This document shows, piece after piece, positions 1 through 14,299 of a DNA stretch of 64,000 nt. This DNA is from Octopus sinensis (Eukaryota). Position numbers and translations under genes: made by a program. The notes below the pieces were generated by a model, which had not been told where the DNA came from, did no database searches, and saw only the letters and a list, made by a program, of their open reading frames with translations. How positions within the stretch are numbered: position 1 is the stretch's first letter; the number at the start of each line of letters is the position of its first letter. Location: assembly GCF_006345805.1 (NCBI RefSeq), contig NW_021835482.1:5057-69056 (forward strand). Direction: 5' to 3'.

Positions 1-267
1 TTCCGGAAATATTGACAACGATCTAGATTTAAAAGAAAAAAACATTTTCTGTGAGATTTTGCCAGAAACACTTGGAAAATTTCAGCAGATGCTCAAAAAC
101 ACTTTCCACACCTCAAATATATCATCGGAATTTCTGCATAGACGGTTCCTTAATTTTGGGGGACGACAAATATCTACTTCTGATTCAACATACAGATAAC
201 AAATTGAAACTGATGGGCCGGAGTTGGGGAGAATATTTATCTGGAAATTTTACAGAAGGTACACGCA

Positions 268-905
268 GAAGTGGCCACGTGGTAAGAAGTTTGTTACGCA
301 GCAACATGCTTCCGGTTTCAGTTCTACTGCGTGGCACCGTGGGTAGGTGCCTTCACCAACAGCCTCAGGCCGACCAAAGACTTGTGGGTGAATTTGGAAT
401 ATAGGAAACTGACAAAAGCCCGTCCTCTGTGTGTGTGTGTGCGCGCGCGTCTGTGTGCGTGTGCGTGTGTGTTTCTCTGTGTGTGTGTACGTACGTGTCG
501 AACGATGGAATTGAATGCTCAACACTGCATTGGTGGAATTAATTTATTTATTTGTGAATTAAGGCTACCATTGGTTTCTTGCTATGAAAAGCAAATATCC
601 TAGTGATGTTTGTCTCCCTTGGATTTACCTTTTAGGCAACTTTTTGTGCGGTCAGTTTGTTTGCATTATTTTGTTTTTGATCTGGACATCGGTTTCTTAC
701 ACTTGTGTGCTGAGGTAGTTCGCCATTTGAGCATATTTCTTTGTGTTGAGTTTTATGTACATATGTGTGTATATGTGTGTGTCTTTGTGCCTGTGTTTGG
801 CCTCTACCACCGGCTGACAACCGGTGTAGCTGCGTTTATGTCCAGTAGCCTTGCTCTTTGGCAAATCTAACCGATAGAATAGGGATCAGGCTTAAAACAT
901 AAATG
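268..905 (+). mobile_element. SINE family A (tRNA-like head, CORE-like segment, internal microsatellite, LINE-like tail); diverged, head 268-432 and 3' part about 775-905
   Basis: gtggtaagaag...ggccgaccaaagacttgtg...ggaaactgacaaaagcccgtc aligns with copies at 13792, 17415, 24181 and 51081. Confidence 0.75.
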
Positions 906-1476
906 ACAGAAAATAAAGCATTTCTACAATGTTTTGCAAGACTGTTCATGCATTTCTTTTTCTCCATCAGAAACAATTTCGGTTTTTTTTACAGGAAAAC
1001 ACTTCCATCTGTTCCAGGAAGCAGGTGACCAACATTTTGTTAAAAACATACTAAATATTCAGGTAGACTATACAAAAGTTTTCAGGAAAGAAACGCATCT
1101 GAATGTTCAAGAAATTTTTCATTAATGCTCATCAGATATTCATGCATGGCGCTAATCACGAAATTTCTTCCTTGTTTATATCCAATGTTTAAACCACAAA
1201 GTTCCTTTTCCAATGTTCTCAATACATATAATGCATACGATGTTATTACTAATTCATATATGTAGTACAGGCATTATTGAATTTACGTTCTTGGTGCACT
1301 GCATTGCATCGGTAATAGGAACGGCTTGTTAGCAAGTTGGTAGGCATAGCCTCGCTTCCACTTCAGCGAGAGAAATACGCTGGGAAAAGACAATATGCAG
1401 AGTCATACATATGCATGAATGCTCATTTGGCAAACGGAAACACAAATTAGAAAATGCTAATATCTTCAACCGAGAA

Positions 1477-1514
<38 letters not shown>

Positions 1515-1580
1515 TATAGGGAGAGAAACATATATATATAGATATATATATATATATATGTATAGGGAAAGAAAACATAC

Positions 1581-1626
<46 letters not shown>

Positions 1627-1913
1627 ATATATATATACATACATGAGTATGTATAAATGTGTATGTGTGTATAAAATAGTATGCCTTGTCTATTACGAGA
1701 ACTCTGATCCGTAGCCAACGGGTGATGGTGGTGGTAGTGGTGGTGGAGGGTTCATAGTCACCTAGCATATCACTGTCTTACCTTACTCACCTGGCCTAAT
1801 TTAAGCAGTCGATCGTTGTAATGTTAATCAGCGCAGCCATAAGGTTTAAGGAAGATGGAGGGTTCGCATCCCAGAGGTAAAGCTACGATTTCTATCTTCA
1901 TCTCCTACATCGG

Positions 1914-2480
1914 TTTCAAATTTTGTTACAAAGCCTTCAATTTCGGGAAAAGAGGTAAGTCGATCACATCGGCCCCAGTGTACCACTGGTACATATTTTA
2001 TCGACCGCGAAAGGATGGAAGGTGACCTCGGCGGGATTCGAACTCAGAACGTAAAGACAGACGGAATACCGCTTAGCTTGTTTCCCGATCAGCTAAAGAT
2101 TCTGCCAGTTCGCTTCGGCATATATATCCTTTTCTACTTTTCAACCCCAGTACGCAACTGGTACTTAATTTATCGACTCCAAAAGGATGAAAAGTAAAGT
2201 CGACCTTGTCGGAATTTGAACTCAGAACATAAAGGCACACGAAATACCTATTTCCTTACTACCCACAAGGGGCTAAACACAGAGTGGATGAACAAGGACA
2301 AACAAACGGATTAAGTCGATTATATCGACCCCAGGGCGCAACTGGTACTAAATTTATCGACCCCGAAAGGATGAAAGGCAAAGTCGACCTCGGCGGAATT
2401 TGAACTCAGAACGTAACGTCAAACAAAATACGGCTACGCATTTCGCCCGGCGTGCTAACGTTTCTGCCAGCTCACCACCT
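1914..2480 (-). mobile_element. Two adjacent SINE family B copies (1914-2115, 2140-2480), the second with an internally duplicated module
   Basis: Reverse complement of ggcgagctggcagaa..gttagcacgccgggcgaaatg...gttctgagttcaaattccgccgaggtcgactttgcctttcatcctttcggggtcgataaa, recurring at many sites in the window. Confidence 0.85.
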
Positions 2481-2923
2481 CGCTTCGTTATCTGTTATTG
2501 CATACATCTTAACATACGTAAATACATATTAGCGCACATAAATACAGAGATACAGAGATGCATACATACATAGGGTCATACATATATACATGCACACATA
2601 CATGCACATACCCATACACAAGACTATATATGTGTATATACTGCCAATGGGATACTTTTCAAGTCACTACACAATAAATCTCGATGTGAACATCAGAATT
2701 ACCATTTGCAGAAACAGCGATGCTGCTTACGTTTAGAATGCAAATATATACAAAATACAGCATAGAACTTGAAATGCAGATATCTGAATGCCAAGGCTCT
2801 AAATATATTTGGGATAAAATCCAATAGCCGCATAACTCCCATATTTCTCTTTCTCTAGTCACTTATTGGTATAAGTACATATATGTTTGCATGCATATAT
2901 ATATATATACACACACAAACACA

Positions 2924-2974
<51 letters not shown>

Positions 2975-3313
2975 CGCTGCTCTTCTGCGAAAGTGTCTTA
3001 AGTCCAGGAAACGAAAGAATAGTTTCGCCATTCCATTTCTTTTTACATTAGCAACACTTTCAGCTCAACAATAGAACTTCGTTGGGTGTATAAAATCGCA
3101 ACCTCATGTATGTATGATATTTTCAGTAAAGAAATATTTTTGCAAAGCTGTCATGTGTGGGACGTATGACACTTTTAGCATCTGAAGTATCTGGAGAGAC
3201 GATAGTGTCAAAGACCAAAAGAACCGGCTATTGTAAATTTAGATAATGAAAAAAAGTATCTGGCCAAAGTTGGACATACCACAGTTTTACATAATAGCAA
3301 CACTATGTATATG

Positions 3314-3360
<47 letters not shown>

Positions 3361-3368
<8 letters not shown>

Positions 3369-3478
3369 GAAACAATGTACTCAGAAATTTAGATGGTTTT
3401 ATATTTACAGATATTTATTAATATGTCACGTTTTTATAAATCATATACTAGCCCCTGAGTACCTTATTTCTTCTAATA
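3361..3478. repeat. Short element with inverted ends embedded in (AT)n, probably a Penelope-type terminal remnant
   Basis: tattagaagaaa..gtactcag / ctgagtac..tttcttctaata inverted ends flanked by (AT)n; PLE origin inferred by analogy to other units in the window. Confidence 0.5.
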
Positions 3479-3516
3479 TATAATACCTGTACATCATCTC
3501 CAAACCTTCTAATATA

Positions 3517-3575
<59 letters not shown>

Positions 3576-3576
3576 A

Positions 3577-4022
3577 TTAGGTTAGCAACTAAGTTCCCGC
3601 CGTTTTTTTTTTAATTAAAATTTTTTAAAAGGCTGAATAAAAAAAATAACAACTAATTAATCAAAAATGTATTCACTCTTGTTGTTTACAACTTTTTCCC
3701 AACGTTCAACAAGATTTTCAATACCTCGTTGGTAGAAATCAGCCGATTTCGACTCGAAAAATTGATCCAACCAAGCTCTCAATTCTGCATCAGTATTGAA
3801 CGAAACACCCTGCGTAGCTTTTGAAAGAGATCGTAAGAGGTGGAAATCCGTTGGTGCCAAATCAGGAGAGTACGGCAGGTGTGGCAGCACTTCCCAGCCA
3901 TGCGTTTCAACGGCTTCCTTGGTCATATTGTCGATATGATGGCGGGCGTTGTCGTGCAGCAGAAGAACTCCATGCTACCGATTAGGTCTTTTCTCTTGAA
4001 TAGTCGTGTTGAGTCGTTCCAT
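3577..4022 (-). mobile_element. Mariner (D34D) transposase 3' fragment with one TIR; non-functional
   Basis: HDNARHH...WEVLPHLPYSPDLAPTDFHL with 34 residues between the two Asp; in-frame stop at 3975-3977; TA + TTAGGTTAGCAACTAAGTTCCCGCCG TIR at 3575-3602; 5' part and second TIR not found. Confidence 0.93.
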
Positions 4023-4572
4023 CTGTATGTGTGCACGAGCGTGCGTATATGCTGGACACTGGCAACGATAGCATTTCAACGAGCGTTGTCTATATCTTCA
4101 ATCTATTAAATTCTCGACTGAGTAAACTGAACTATGTAGGCGTACAAAATACTAATCGGAAACAACTGTAAGTCTATAAAGCACAAATATATAAAGCACA
4201 TTTTTTACGCCTTTTCTTATATATTATTCTATGGAACCAAACCATATTGTCACTCGGTAACGCAACCATGGATTTACAATGTTGACTAATGATGGACTTC
4301 AACTTCGGATCTCACCCCAGGATTATCTTTCGTTCAGTCTTAATCACTAAACCATTTGTTAACCTGGGCTATTCGTATTAGCAGAGAGCTTAAGAAGTAT
4401 TTCTCACGGATTACTAATAACTCATTAATAAACCCATTCTTCTTATACATACATCCACACACACATACATCCAACATACATACATACACACATACATACA
4501 TACATACATACATACATACATACATACATACACACATACATACATACATACACACATACATACATACATACA

Positions 4573-4608
<36 letters not shown>

Positions 4609-4768
4609 TATATACGTAGATACATACATACATATATATATATTTATATCTATATATAGGCACACACACACACACATATACATATATATATATATATATA
4701 TATCATATTCTACACTATAGCTGATATACTTTGACATCTGCTTTGATTTCTACATACACACACACACA

Positions 4769-4839
<71 letters not shown>

Positions 4840-5649
4840 GTTTGTGTGTCTCTGTTTGAATATACGCATCTAAATATGTTTGTGTTTGTTGTATGGATGA
4901 TCAATAAATCTTTAGTCTATTTCATTAATAGATGCTGATTTTTCATAATTCCTCCGGGAATGCCGGTAACTTGAACTTTTTGCTCCCCCGGGTCTGCCAT
5001 ACTTTAAAGCTCACACTTTCTCATCATCGCTTCAACTACTAACAAGTATTAATGGAAGTGATTTACGGAGACAAATACACACACACACACACACACATAC
5101 ATACACAAACACACACACATATACAAACACACATATATATATATATATACACATACATATATATATATATAGATAGATAGATAGATATGCATGTATTTAC
5201 ATATATTTGTGTGTGTGTGTACATATATATACAAATACATATATATATATGTATGTATATATACGCACACACACACGCATGTATACATATATGTCTGTAT
5301 ATATATTTATACACGTACATTATATATGTACGTGTATGGAAAATGTGTGAAGTTTATTGTTTATGTGTGTGTGTGTGTGTGTGTGTGTGTCTGTGTGTGT
5401 GTGTGTGTGTGTGTCTGTGTGTGTGTGTGTATGTGTGTGTGTGTGTGTGTGTGTATAGAAATGTAACTACTGAAGAAATGTAGCTACTGACACTACCTTC
5501 TACGTATTCATACATGCAGGTCAGCTAATGGTCATGTAGTCCACACCTGGACGCCTACATTAACCTATCACCAATCACAGTGTTTCAGGTTCAATCCCGC
5601 TCCGTTTCACCAACTATGTTTTAAAATTAAAACAATAAAGAAAAATTAA

Positions 5650-5920
5650 AACCTGGCACTTTGTCGGTTACAACGATGAAGTTACCGGTTGATTGACTGA
5701 ACAGCCTGGTCGTGACCCCGAACGTGCAAATGGCTGAGTACTACATAGACACGCAGCATGCTCTGAACGTAGTCTTCGGGGAGATTTAGTATGTTGCAGG
5801 TTGTGACAAGGCTGGCCATTTAAATTACAGGTAGAACTTATTTTTCCCGCTGAGTTGCTAGTGAAGCAAACAGGTGCAACGTAAAACCAAGTGTCTTACT
5901 GAAGGGCACAACCAGGGGTC
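5650..5920 (-). mobile_element. SINE family C (tRNA-like head, CORE-like segment), diverged
   Basis: ggcactttgtcggttacaacg...ggctgagtac..agacacg...aagtgtcttactgaagggcacaac matches 56660-56955 and, in opposite orientation, 16590-16880. Confidence 0.7.
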
Positions 5921-6024
5921 AGGTACCGACCGTGGCCTTGGTATGTTTAATCGACATTATCTGTTCGAAAACTTTATATAATTGTCGGCGAAGATACTAT
6001 TCAGAATATCTCTACCATCACCAA

Positions 6025-6063
<39 letters not shown>

Positions 6064-6291
6064 ACTACTACTACTACTAATACTACTATTGTCAAGGATG
6101 CACGAATCGAAAACAAAATCTTAAGATCAAGAGTGCAGCATTCTGGCTGTTAGACCACGCGCCTCCACACACTATACATGAATATGTATGTATAATATAT
6201 ACATATACATGTGTGTGTGTGTGTGTGTGTGTATGTGTGTGTATGTGTGTGTGTGTTGTGTGTGTGTGTGTGTGTGTGTGTCTGTGTGTGT

Positions 6292-6331
<40 letters not shown>

Positions 6332-6810
6332 CGTGTATGTGTTCTATGATTTGGATTAGATATATCGATATTAATAACCAGTTGTTAGAAGCCCAGATAC
6401 TGATAGAGGTATGACTCCCAGGCACGTGATTTGATGTGAGATAAATATTACCATTTCACCAGTGCCAAGTACTGACCGATTGAACTGGCCGAACACAAAA
6501 CGGGAACATTCAACAAATACCGACAACGCCTCCCCCCCCCCTTGTGTATTTTGGTAAGTAAAACCTTATTGCTGAAGGCTTCCTTAAAGCCGTACCTTTG
6601 AATATGTGATACTTCTCGTAAAATGGTGGAGTGTTCCATTCATCTTTTACACGGAATGGATTGGATGATTGGTGCTTATGAATCAATCTTTATTCATTTG
6701 ACCCAACTTGTATCATTGGTGGCCGTCGTCATAGCATGGCTCTTGTTTGGTGGTGGTTGTCGTCGCCGTGGTAGTAGTGGTAGTATTAGTAGTAGTAGTA
6801 GTAGTAGTAG

Positions 6811-6847
<37 letters not shown>

Positions 6848-7458
6848 GCTGCTAATGCTGCTACTGCTGCTACTACTACTACTACTACTACTCTACTATT
6901 ATTGTGTAGTAGCGCTGTTGGTAGTGTTGCTGGTTTAGTTCTACTACAGTAATAACTAAAAGAAAATACTAAAAGAAACGAAGCCGAAAAGTTTCGGCGC
7001 TGGAAAACAGTGTAAAACCTATGGGAAACGGAACTCTAGTAATGGAAGCGCTAAATTTTTCTTGACGTTTTGATGAATATCTCAAGAATACCAACAACGG
7101 GGAAGACAGAGAGAGAAAAATGAAAGACAGCGATAAATCTTCAGTAAACAACATCAATAGAAATGCTAATTGTGGATGTCAGTTTGGGAAATAGTTAAAA
7201 TATGACCAAGCAAATATTGAAGTGTTATTAACTCCATACATAGCGCTGATATTAGCAACAACTGACGGCTCTATAAACTTTAATGTCGTTGCAAATGGCC
7301 CCTGGTAATGTTTACTAGCGTTAGAAGCAATATGGTTTCAGTGGAGACAAAGCAGACCCACAAGGAAGAGACGTGTTTCTCGTTTAATGATTACTCTGTG
7401 ATAGTTTCTTAAAATTGGTTGCGGATATCACAACTGTCTTAGAAGACTACACAATACC

Positions 7459-7499
<41 letters not shown>

Positions 7500-7720
7500 C
7501 TCTCCTTTAACAATCAATGAGGTGTCTTTTATTTGCTGTGGTCTCTCTATTGCTGCTCTTGTCTCCAATACAACTTTCTCTTATCTAACACACTGACCAA
7601 GTCTCTGACAGCACGCAATGAACTTTGGCACAGTTCCCGATGTATCTGCCGGCTATTCTTCAGGCTTCTCAAAAGTCAATATATATCCGTGTGCATGTAC
7701 GAGTGTGTGTGTGTGTACAA

Positions 7721-7754
<34 letters not shown>

Positions 7755-8329
7755 TTCTGGGGCAACTGATACGAGGACAATTCATTCCCAGACAATTGAT
7801 ATATAGAACACCTCATAAAAGGCAGAAAGTGATAAAGATTGAATTTTGAAAGGAAATCTGCGTGTGTGTGTATGTGTGTGTATGAGTGCGCGTAGTACGC
7901 GTGGTGTGTATTCGTGTGTGTGTGTGTAATGTGTATGCATGTGTATGTGCATGTGTGTGGTGCGTGTAGTGTGTATTTGTGTGTGTAATGTGTGTGCGTA
8001 TGTATGTGTGTGTGGTGTGTATTGTGTGTGTTTGTGTGTATATGTTTGTGTGTGGTGTGAATTCATGTGTGTATGTATGTGCATGTGTTTGTGTAGTGTG
8101 TGTATGTATGTGCGTGTGTGTAGTGGGTGTGTGCGTGTGTTTGGTGTGTGTGTGTGTGTGTGTGTGTGTTGTGTGTATATGTTTGTGTGTGGTGTGTGTG
8201 GTGTGTGTGGTGTGTATTGTGTGTGTTTGTGTGTATATGTTTGTGTGTGGTGTGTATGTGAGTGTGGTGTGTGTGTTTGTGGCCTGTGTGTGTAGGTGTG
8301 TGTGTGCGTGTGGGTGCGTGAGCTCTGAA

Positions 8330-8810
8330 ATTAAGGCCCACAAGGAGCAAAGACGTGGTATGATCAAATCCCAGCAGGAGTTACCGAGAATGAAGACTGC
8401 GAAATCCTGTAGGATGCAATGATTCAGTGTGAACAGAGGCGAGACATCAGAAGCCAGACGTTGCTGTGGTGAGCGGAAAAGAGAACGCTTGCATGATAAT
8501 CGCCATGGCATGTCCCGGTGACAACAGGACCAAAGAGAAAGAAGAAGAAAATGAACAACTATGACGAAATGAAGCGGGAAATACGCCGACTGTGGACAAT
8601 GAAGAAGGTGGACGTGATACTGCTGACGTGGCTTAAAAAAGACTGGTACAAATATGAAGAGAGAACGCCTACAAAGTTCATCATTGTTTGGGACTGGAAG
8701 GGTTCCCCGCAGCGTTCTTGAAATTTGATCACTAAATAAGTGTCACCTTAGTTTGTTGGCTGTGGTTAGCTGACACATTCCATCAAACCGAGTAAAACAT
8801 GCTGAAGGTT
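8330..8810 (+). mobile_element. R4/Dong-like non-LTR retrotransposon, 3' restriction-like endonuclease (RLE) region and 3'UTR; degenerate
   Basis: Frameshifted translation WYDQIPAGVTENEDCEIL*D...KPDVAVV...MACPGDNRTKEKEEEK / NYDEMKREIRRLWTMKKVDVI / LQSSSLFGTGRVPRSVLEI* follows the R4-clade PD-(D/E)xK C-terminus. Confidence 0.85.
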
Positions 8811-9109
8811 TTCATCAAATTAAAAGTAAAAGTTAAGATTTGTCACTTCTTAAATGTGCTGGAAAATGGCAGTAACTGTTCCGCTAGCAATACACATAGA
8901 ATCGTAGAGCTCCAAGAGACACTGGTGTTGCTAAAACCTAGTGAGCTTCTTAAAGAATAATACCAAAAGGCAAAACTTAGCAGTTAAATGTGGACGTTGC
9001 ATTACAACACACGATGCTGCATGTGCACGACAAAATTCTAAATAAGGGTTTCTCTCGAGGTAAATATCGCAGTATTGCGTGTTCCAACACAACATCAACT
9101 TTTAAGCGA

Positions 9110-9348
9110 TGATAAATTTTAGCTTTGGGCATTAATGGTGCTTCTTTTGTGTTGCATTGAGATCTTCAAGCAACGATATAGACAAATAGTTGAAGGAGAT
9201 TGGAAGAGAATCTCCTGTAGAGCTACAACAGAAAGTTTGCATTTTAGGGCCAGGAAAGATTATCAGAAGGATTCTAAGTTTACAGGTATTAACCTGACCC
9301 CCACATAAATCCTACCACGAAGAAGTCTGAACCTGAGCCAAAACTATA

Positions 9349-9414
<66 letters not shown>

Positions 9415-9435
9415 TAATAATAATAATAATAATAG
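9110..9435 (+). mobile_element. Second R4/Dong-like extreme 3' end with (TAA)n tail
   Basis: ALGI...VELQQKVCILGPGKIIRRILSL resembles the R4-clade terminal motif (ELLQKxxLLGTAxIxRxVL), then about 60 nt UTR and an (ATA)n run. Confidence 0.65.
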
Positions 9436-9439
9436 TAAT

Positions 9440-9490
<51 letters not shown>

Positions 9491-10245
9491 CAACAGGCTT
9501 CTGTACATTTTTCCGAGCTCTTAATTCCACTGGTATATTTTTGGTCAATATCCTGCTTTGCCAGAAAACAATTGTGTAAAGCTTTACGATCGATCGCAGA
9601 ACCATCAGGTTACTGTTTCCGCGCCCCTCCATTTACAATATATACAACTAATAACTTAAATATGGAATTGTGGTTGGGGAGGGGGAGAATAAAAATATTC
9701 TCTTTCAAAGAAGAAAATTTCTGTTTTCATTATTGTTCGTATATTTATCTTATACTTATTTGTTTTGGCTTTGAAAACTTGAAAATAATTTTGACGAATT
9801 TTAGAAAAAATCTTTGAAGACAGTAAACCTCCTTTATTTCCAATGTTATCTTTGAAGAATTTTGGAGAAGCTTTAAAGAAAACTTTTCTTTCCTATATTA
9901 TTTAGCTTTCTGTAATTCTTAACTAAACTAACTCGCAGATATTTTTTTTTAAACAAATTCCAACATTATTTCACTGACATTTTATTACTTCACGAAAATT
10001 ATTATTTCATTTTTCCTTTATTTCTTTTTTTTATTTTTTGGCAAAAAAAATTTTGCTCTGAATTGAAATGTTTTAAATGTTTATATCATGAAGTGTAAGT
10101 AGAAACGCTACAAATATTCTTCTTCTAACATTCATACAACATTCATACGCGCGTAGGTACGTGGGTGTACATATACGCATACATATATACATTATATGTT
10201 ATATATATATATATGTATATATATGCATAAACATATACATATCAC

Positions 10246-10276
<31 letters not shown>

Positions 10277-10909
10277 TATATATTATACATATATATATCT
10301 ATATATATATATATATATATTAATATATATATATATATATATTATATATCATATGTGTGGTGTGTGTGTGTGTGGTATGTATGTATGTATGTGTTTATGT
10401 ATGTATATATGTATGAATATATATATTGCATGCATATATAGGGCAAATTTGTTCTAGAATACCGTATATAATATGTTCTTTCTTGTTCCTTTTTGTTCTA
10501 TTCCAAGTTAATTCTTCTAGAGATATTTCTTTTAACTTTATGGCAATAGTTCGAAGTCCGTTAGCCAAAGGTTGATAGTTCCAGGTATGCCAGTTCCAAG
10601 TCTGACGGCTTTTCTTCATCCATGCGTCCGCTACAGAAGAAAAAATTCTATAACTCATATATATATATGAATATTTTGATAACATATGAAAATCAGGTTC
10701 GAATCACTCTTGGAAGATCTCAAGTCATCGTTCCTAGGATGTGGCAATAGGAAATGTTAAAAGGAACGCTAGGTAAATCATCGAACAGGTACACTTTCCG
10801 ATTGCCTGAGATTTGTAAATACGGCTGTTTCTTGCGACTAGGGCAACTGATTTCGGTATCTATTAACACAGTAAGTTCAGATGGCTTATATGTATATTCA
10901 TACATACAT

Positions 10910-10958
<49 letters not shown>

Positions 10959-10992
10959 AGATAGGTAGGTAGGTAAGGGGTAGGTGATAGAT

Positions 10993-11025
<33 letters not shown>

Positions 11026-11121
11026 CAAAGAGACAAACAGAATAGATAGAATATAGATAGATAGATAGATAGATAGATAGACAAGAGACAAACAGATAGA
11101 TATATAGATAGATAGATAGAT

Positions 11122-11155
<34 letters not shown>

Positions 11156-11168
11156 TATAGATAGATAG

Positions 11169-11202
<34 letters not shown>

Positions 11203-11837
11203 AGATATTATTATTAACAAAAATAATATTGTAAGTAGCTAGCAAGCATAAAATTACCAATAAAGGTAAAATCATTATTAATTTATAATCAGGGAACGAG
11301 ATCGTACACAACATTGCTAGAAATAGGCGTCAAACGGCTTAAGAACCACAGTAAATCGTTTATATACACACTGGTGCATTCGAGGAAAACGATTAAATAA
11401 AACGCCATTTTACCAATAGCGAGTAAAAATCGTAAATGAGTTGCAGACGTAATTATATCGCATCAACACATATACATAAGTTTACATATATACATATATA
11501 CGCATGGTGTTCGTAAATCACCTCTCTAACCTCCACAATGTATTGTATTGTATCATCTGGATGTGTTGCGTGCAACCAACGAGGATCACATGGAAGTGTT
11601 CTGATGTTTGTAATAAATCTTTATTTTCCAGTAAGCCCTTCTGAGTTACCCTTATGTTTCATTTAATTTATAGACACATTGTATATGTATATTAAAAAGG
11701 AAAATGAAATGGAGTGACCAATTCGGGTTATGTCATAATTTTACAACTGTTTCTTTTATATTTGATCTGAAAAGCATTGCTATATTATTATTACATAATG
11801 TGATATAACACATTGCTTCGGTATAAGTATACTAATT

Positions 11838-11985
11838 CCAAGGCGGCGAGCTAACAGAATCGTTAGCACGCCGGGCGAAATACTTAGTAGTATTTCGTCT
11901 GTCTTTATGTTCTGAGTTCAAATTATTTGCCTTTCATCCTTTCGGAGTCGATAAATTAAGTACCAGTTTGCGTACTAGAGTCAAT
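11838..11985 (+). mobile_element. SINE family B, partial
   Basis: aggcggcgagctaacagaatcgttagcacgccgggcgaaat...gcctttcatcctttcggagtcgataaattaagtaccag. Confidence 0.85.
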
Positions 11986-12787
11986 CTGAACGACTGTCCC
12001 ACTCCCCCGATAATTCTCTGCCTTGTGCGGAGAGCTGAAAAAATTATTATACTAATACCAAAATATGTCGACTCCTCAGCTTTATGTATAAAATCCATTT
12101 GCTTGATCAACTTGTATACTCAAGAATATAAACCCTTCGTTCTAGATGTTTTTAGCGTTTCATTTGCATATCATAGTGAAAGCCAAGAAAGCAAACATAT
12201 AGTAGGCAACAAATTCAAATTAATTGGAAGAAAAATTGGAAAATCGAAGAATACAAAGGAATATAAGAAAAATATATAAATAAAAGAGCAGCTAAATGGG
12301 AGAAAAATCTGTTGTCTTCTATTTAATCTCACAATTCCGTTTGCACTTATTTATTCTTCCCTATTCTCTTTGAATCATTCTATTTCTTGATCAGTTTGCT
12401 TTAAATATTCTATGCAAATAAAATGATAAAAATATCTCGAACGAAGCGTATCTATTCCAGGAAATACAAATTCTTCCTCCCGCAAATAGATTTTAGACAT
12501 AAAACCTGAGGAGTCGATTTTTTTGTGGCAGCAGTAGAATGACACTGATGCAATGTGTTGTTACATATGTTATAAGATAATCATATAACAATATTTTTCT
12601 GATAATGTAACCATGAAACAATTGTAAAATTATGTCATAGATTGAATTACTCAGTCCATTCCCCCAGTTGATATAAAAAAATCTCTTCGGATATTCTAGT
12701 TTTATACTTATATCTGATATACGGTATCTGTCGATCTGTCGACAAACTTGTGTGTATGTGTGTGCATATGTGTGTGTGTATGTATAA

Positions 12788-12879
<92 letters not shown>

Positions 12880-12880
12880 C

Positions 12881-12922
<42 letters not shown>

Positions 12923-12928
12923 TATATA

Positions 12929-12969
<41 letters not shown>

Positions 12970-13614
12970 TTATATATGTATATGATATATATATACGTGT
13001 ACGTGGTGTGTGTATATGTTTATATATATATATATATATGTATATATTATATATATTTGGTGTGTGTGTGTATGATATACAGGAATATATAAGTGCGTCT
13101 GTGTGCTTATCTGTTTCTGGTTTTATGTATCACCCTGTATTTATTGATCTCTTTTACCTCTTCTTCTTCCTTCACCACTTCTTTTTCGCGAAATCCCATT
13201 CCTCCTCGCCCTCACTTTCTCTTTCTCCTCCTCATCTAACACTACTCCACTTCTGGGTCTGCCCCCCACCCCCACACACACAGCTGCTCCGACTCACCAT
13301 TTCGTAATTATAATTGCTATGCAACTGTTTGTTTGACACACCCAATCAGTACCAAACAGCAAAAAACACCCAACTACGCCTCTTTTTGCACGTAAACATT
13401 CGTGTATGTGCGTGTGCGTGCGTGCGTGTGTGTGTGTATGTGTGTGTGTGCGTGCGTGTGTGTATGTGTGTGCGCGTGCATGTATCTGTCTGTGTGGGTG
13501 CGTGTGTATGTGTGTATCTGCTTGTCTGTCTGTCTGTTTGTATCAGTGTGTGTGTGCGTGCGTGCGTGTGTGTGCATGTGTATGTGTGTATCTGTCTATC
13601 TGTCTGTCTGCCTC

Positions 13615-13645
<31 letters not shown>

Positions 13646-13791
13646 GTTTGTATTGATTTACAGTTATAAAAGTGAAAATATAAATACATTACACAGAAAC
13701 TAACACTATCAATCTATAACATATATACACATACATAAACACACACACGTATATATACACTCATACATATATGAATACAGACATACATGCT

Positions 13792-13945
13792 TAGGAGTGG
13801 CTGTGTGGTAAGAAGCTTGCTTCCCAACCACATGGTTCCCGGTTCAATTCCCTTGCTTGGTAACTTGATCTCCAGCTATAGCCTCGGGCCGACCAAGAAC
13901 TTGTCAGTGGATTTGGTAGATGGACACTGAAAGAAGCCTGTCATA
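13792..13945 (+). mobile_element. SINE family A, 5' half
   Basis: ggagtggctgtgtggtaagaagcttgcttcccaaccacatggttcc...ggccgaccaag...ggatttggtaga. Confidence 0.85.
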
Positions 13946-14299
13946 TTTGTGTATATATGTAAGTGCACCTCTGTGTGTGTATGTGTATATGTGAGTGTAG
14001 CTCTCTGTGTCTGCGCGTGTGTGTGTGTATGTGTGTGTGCATATGTGAGTGCGAGTGAGTGTGTGTATGTGTGCGTATATATGTGAGTGTGTGTATATAT
14101 GTGTGTGTATATATGAGTGCTTTGTTTCCACCCACCATTTTACTGTGGCCACATTTCGCATTGTGATAAAAATGCTCACCCCTTAGGTAAGCGTACCTGA
14201 AGAAAAGTTAAGTTGAATTTATAGATTATAGATTCGAGTTACGTAAAACAAGTTTAGATTGGCTTGGAAAGATATGTAATACGGTTTTAATTTCTTTAT

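Noticed and set aside
1-270. Possible piggyBac-like transposase relic (IYHRNFCIDGSLIL, similar to xxICIDESL)
   Set aside because: Similarity too short and frameshifted to support without a search
971-1062. Strong acceptors at 970 and 994 with donors at 1025 and 1063 as upstream exons of the candidate gene
   Set aside because: Several alternative frames and donors fit, the donors are weak, and it may be transposon relic
6463-6553. AG...GTAAGT-bounded open segment
   Set aside because: Contains a C10 run, and its phase (1 to 2) does not fit the exon chain
8984-9059. Phase 0 to 1 segment that would join exon 16295 in frame
   Set aside because: Acceptor lacks a pyrimidine tract and it lies between LINE fragments
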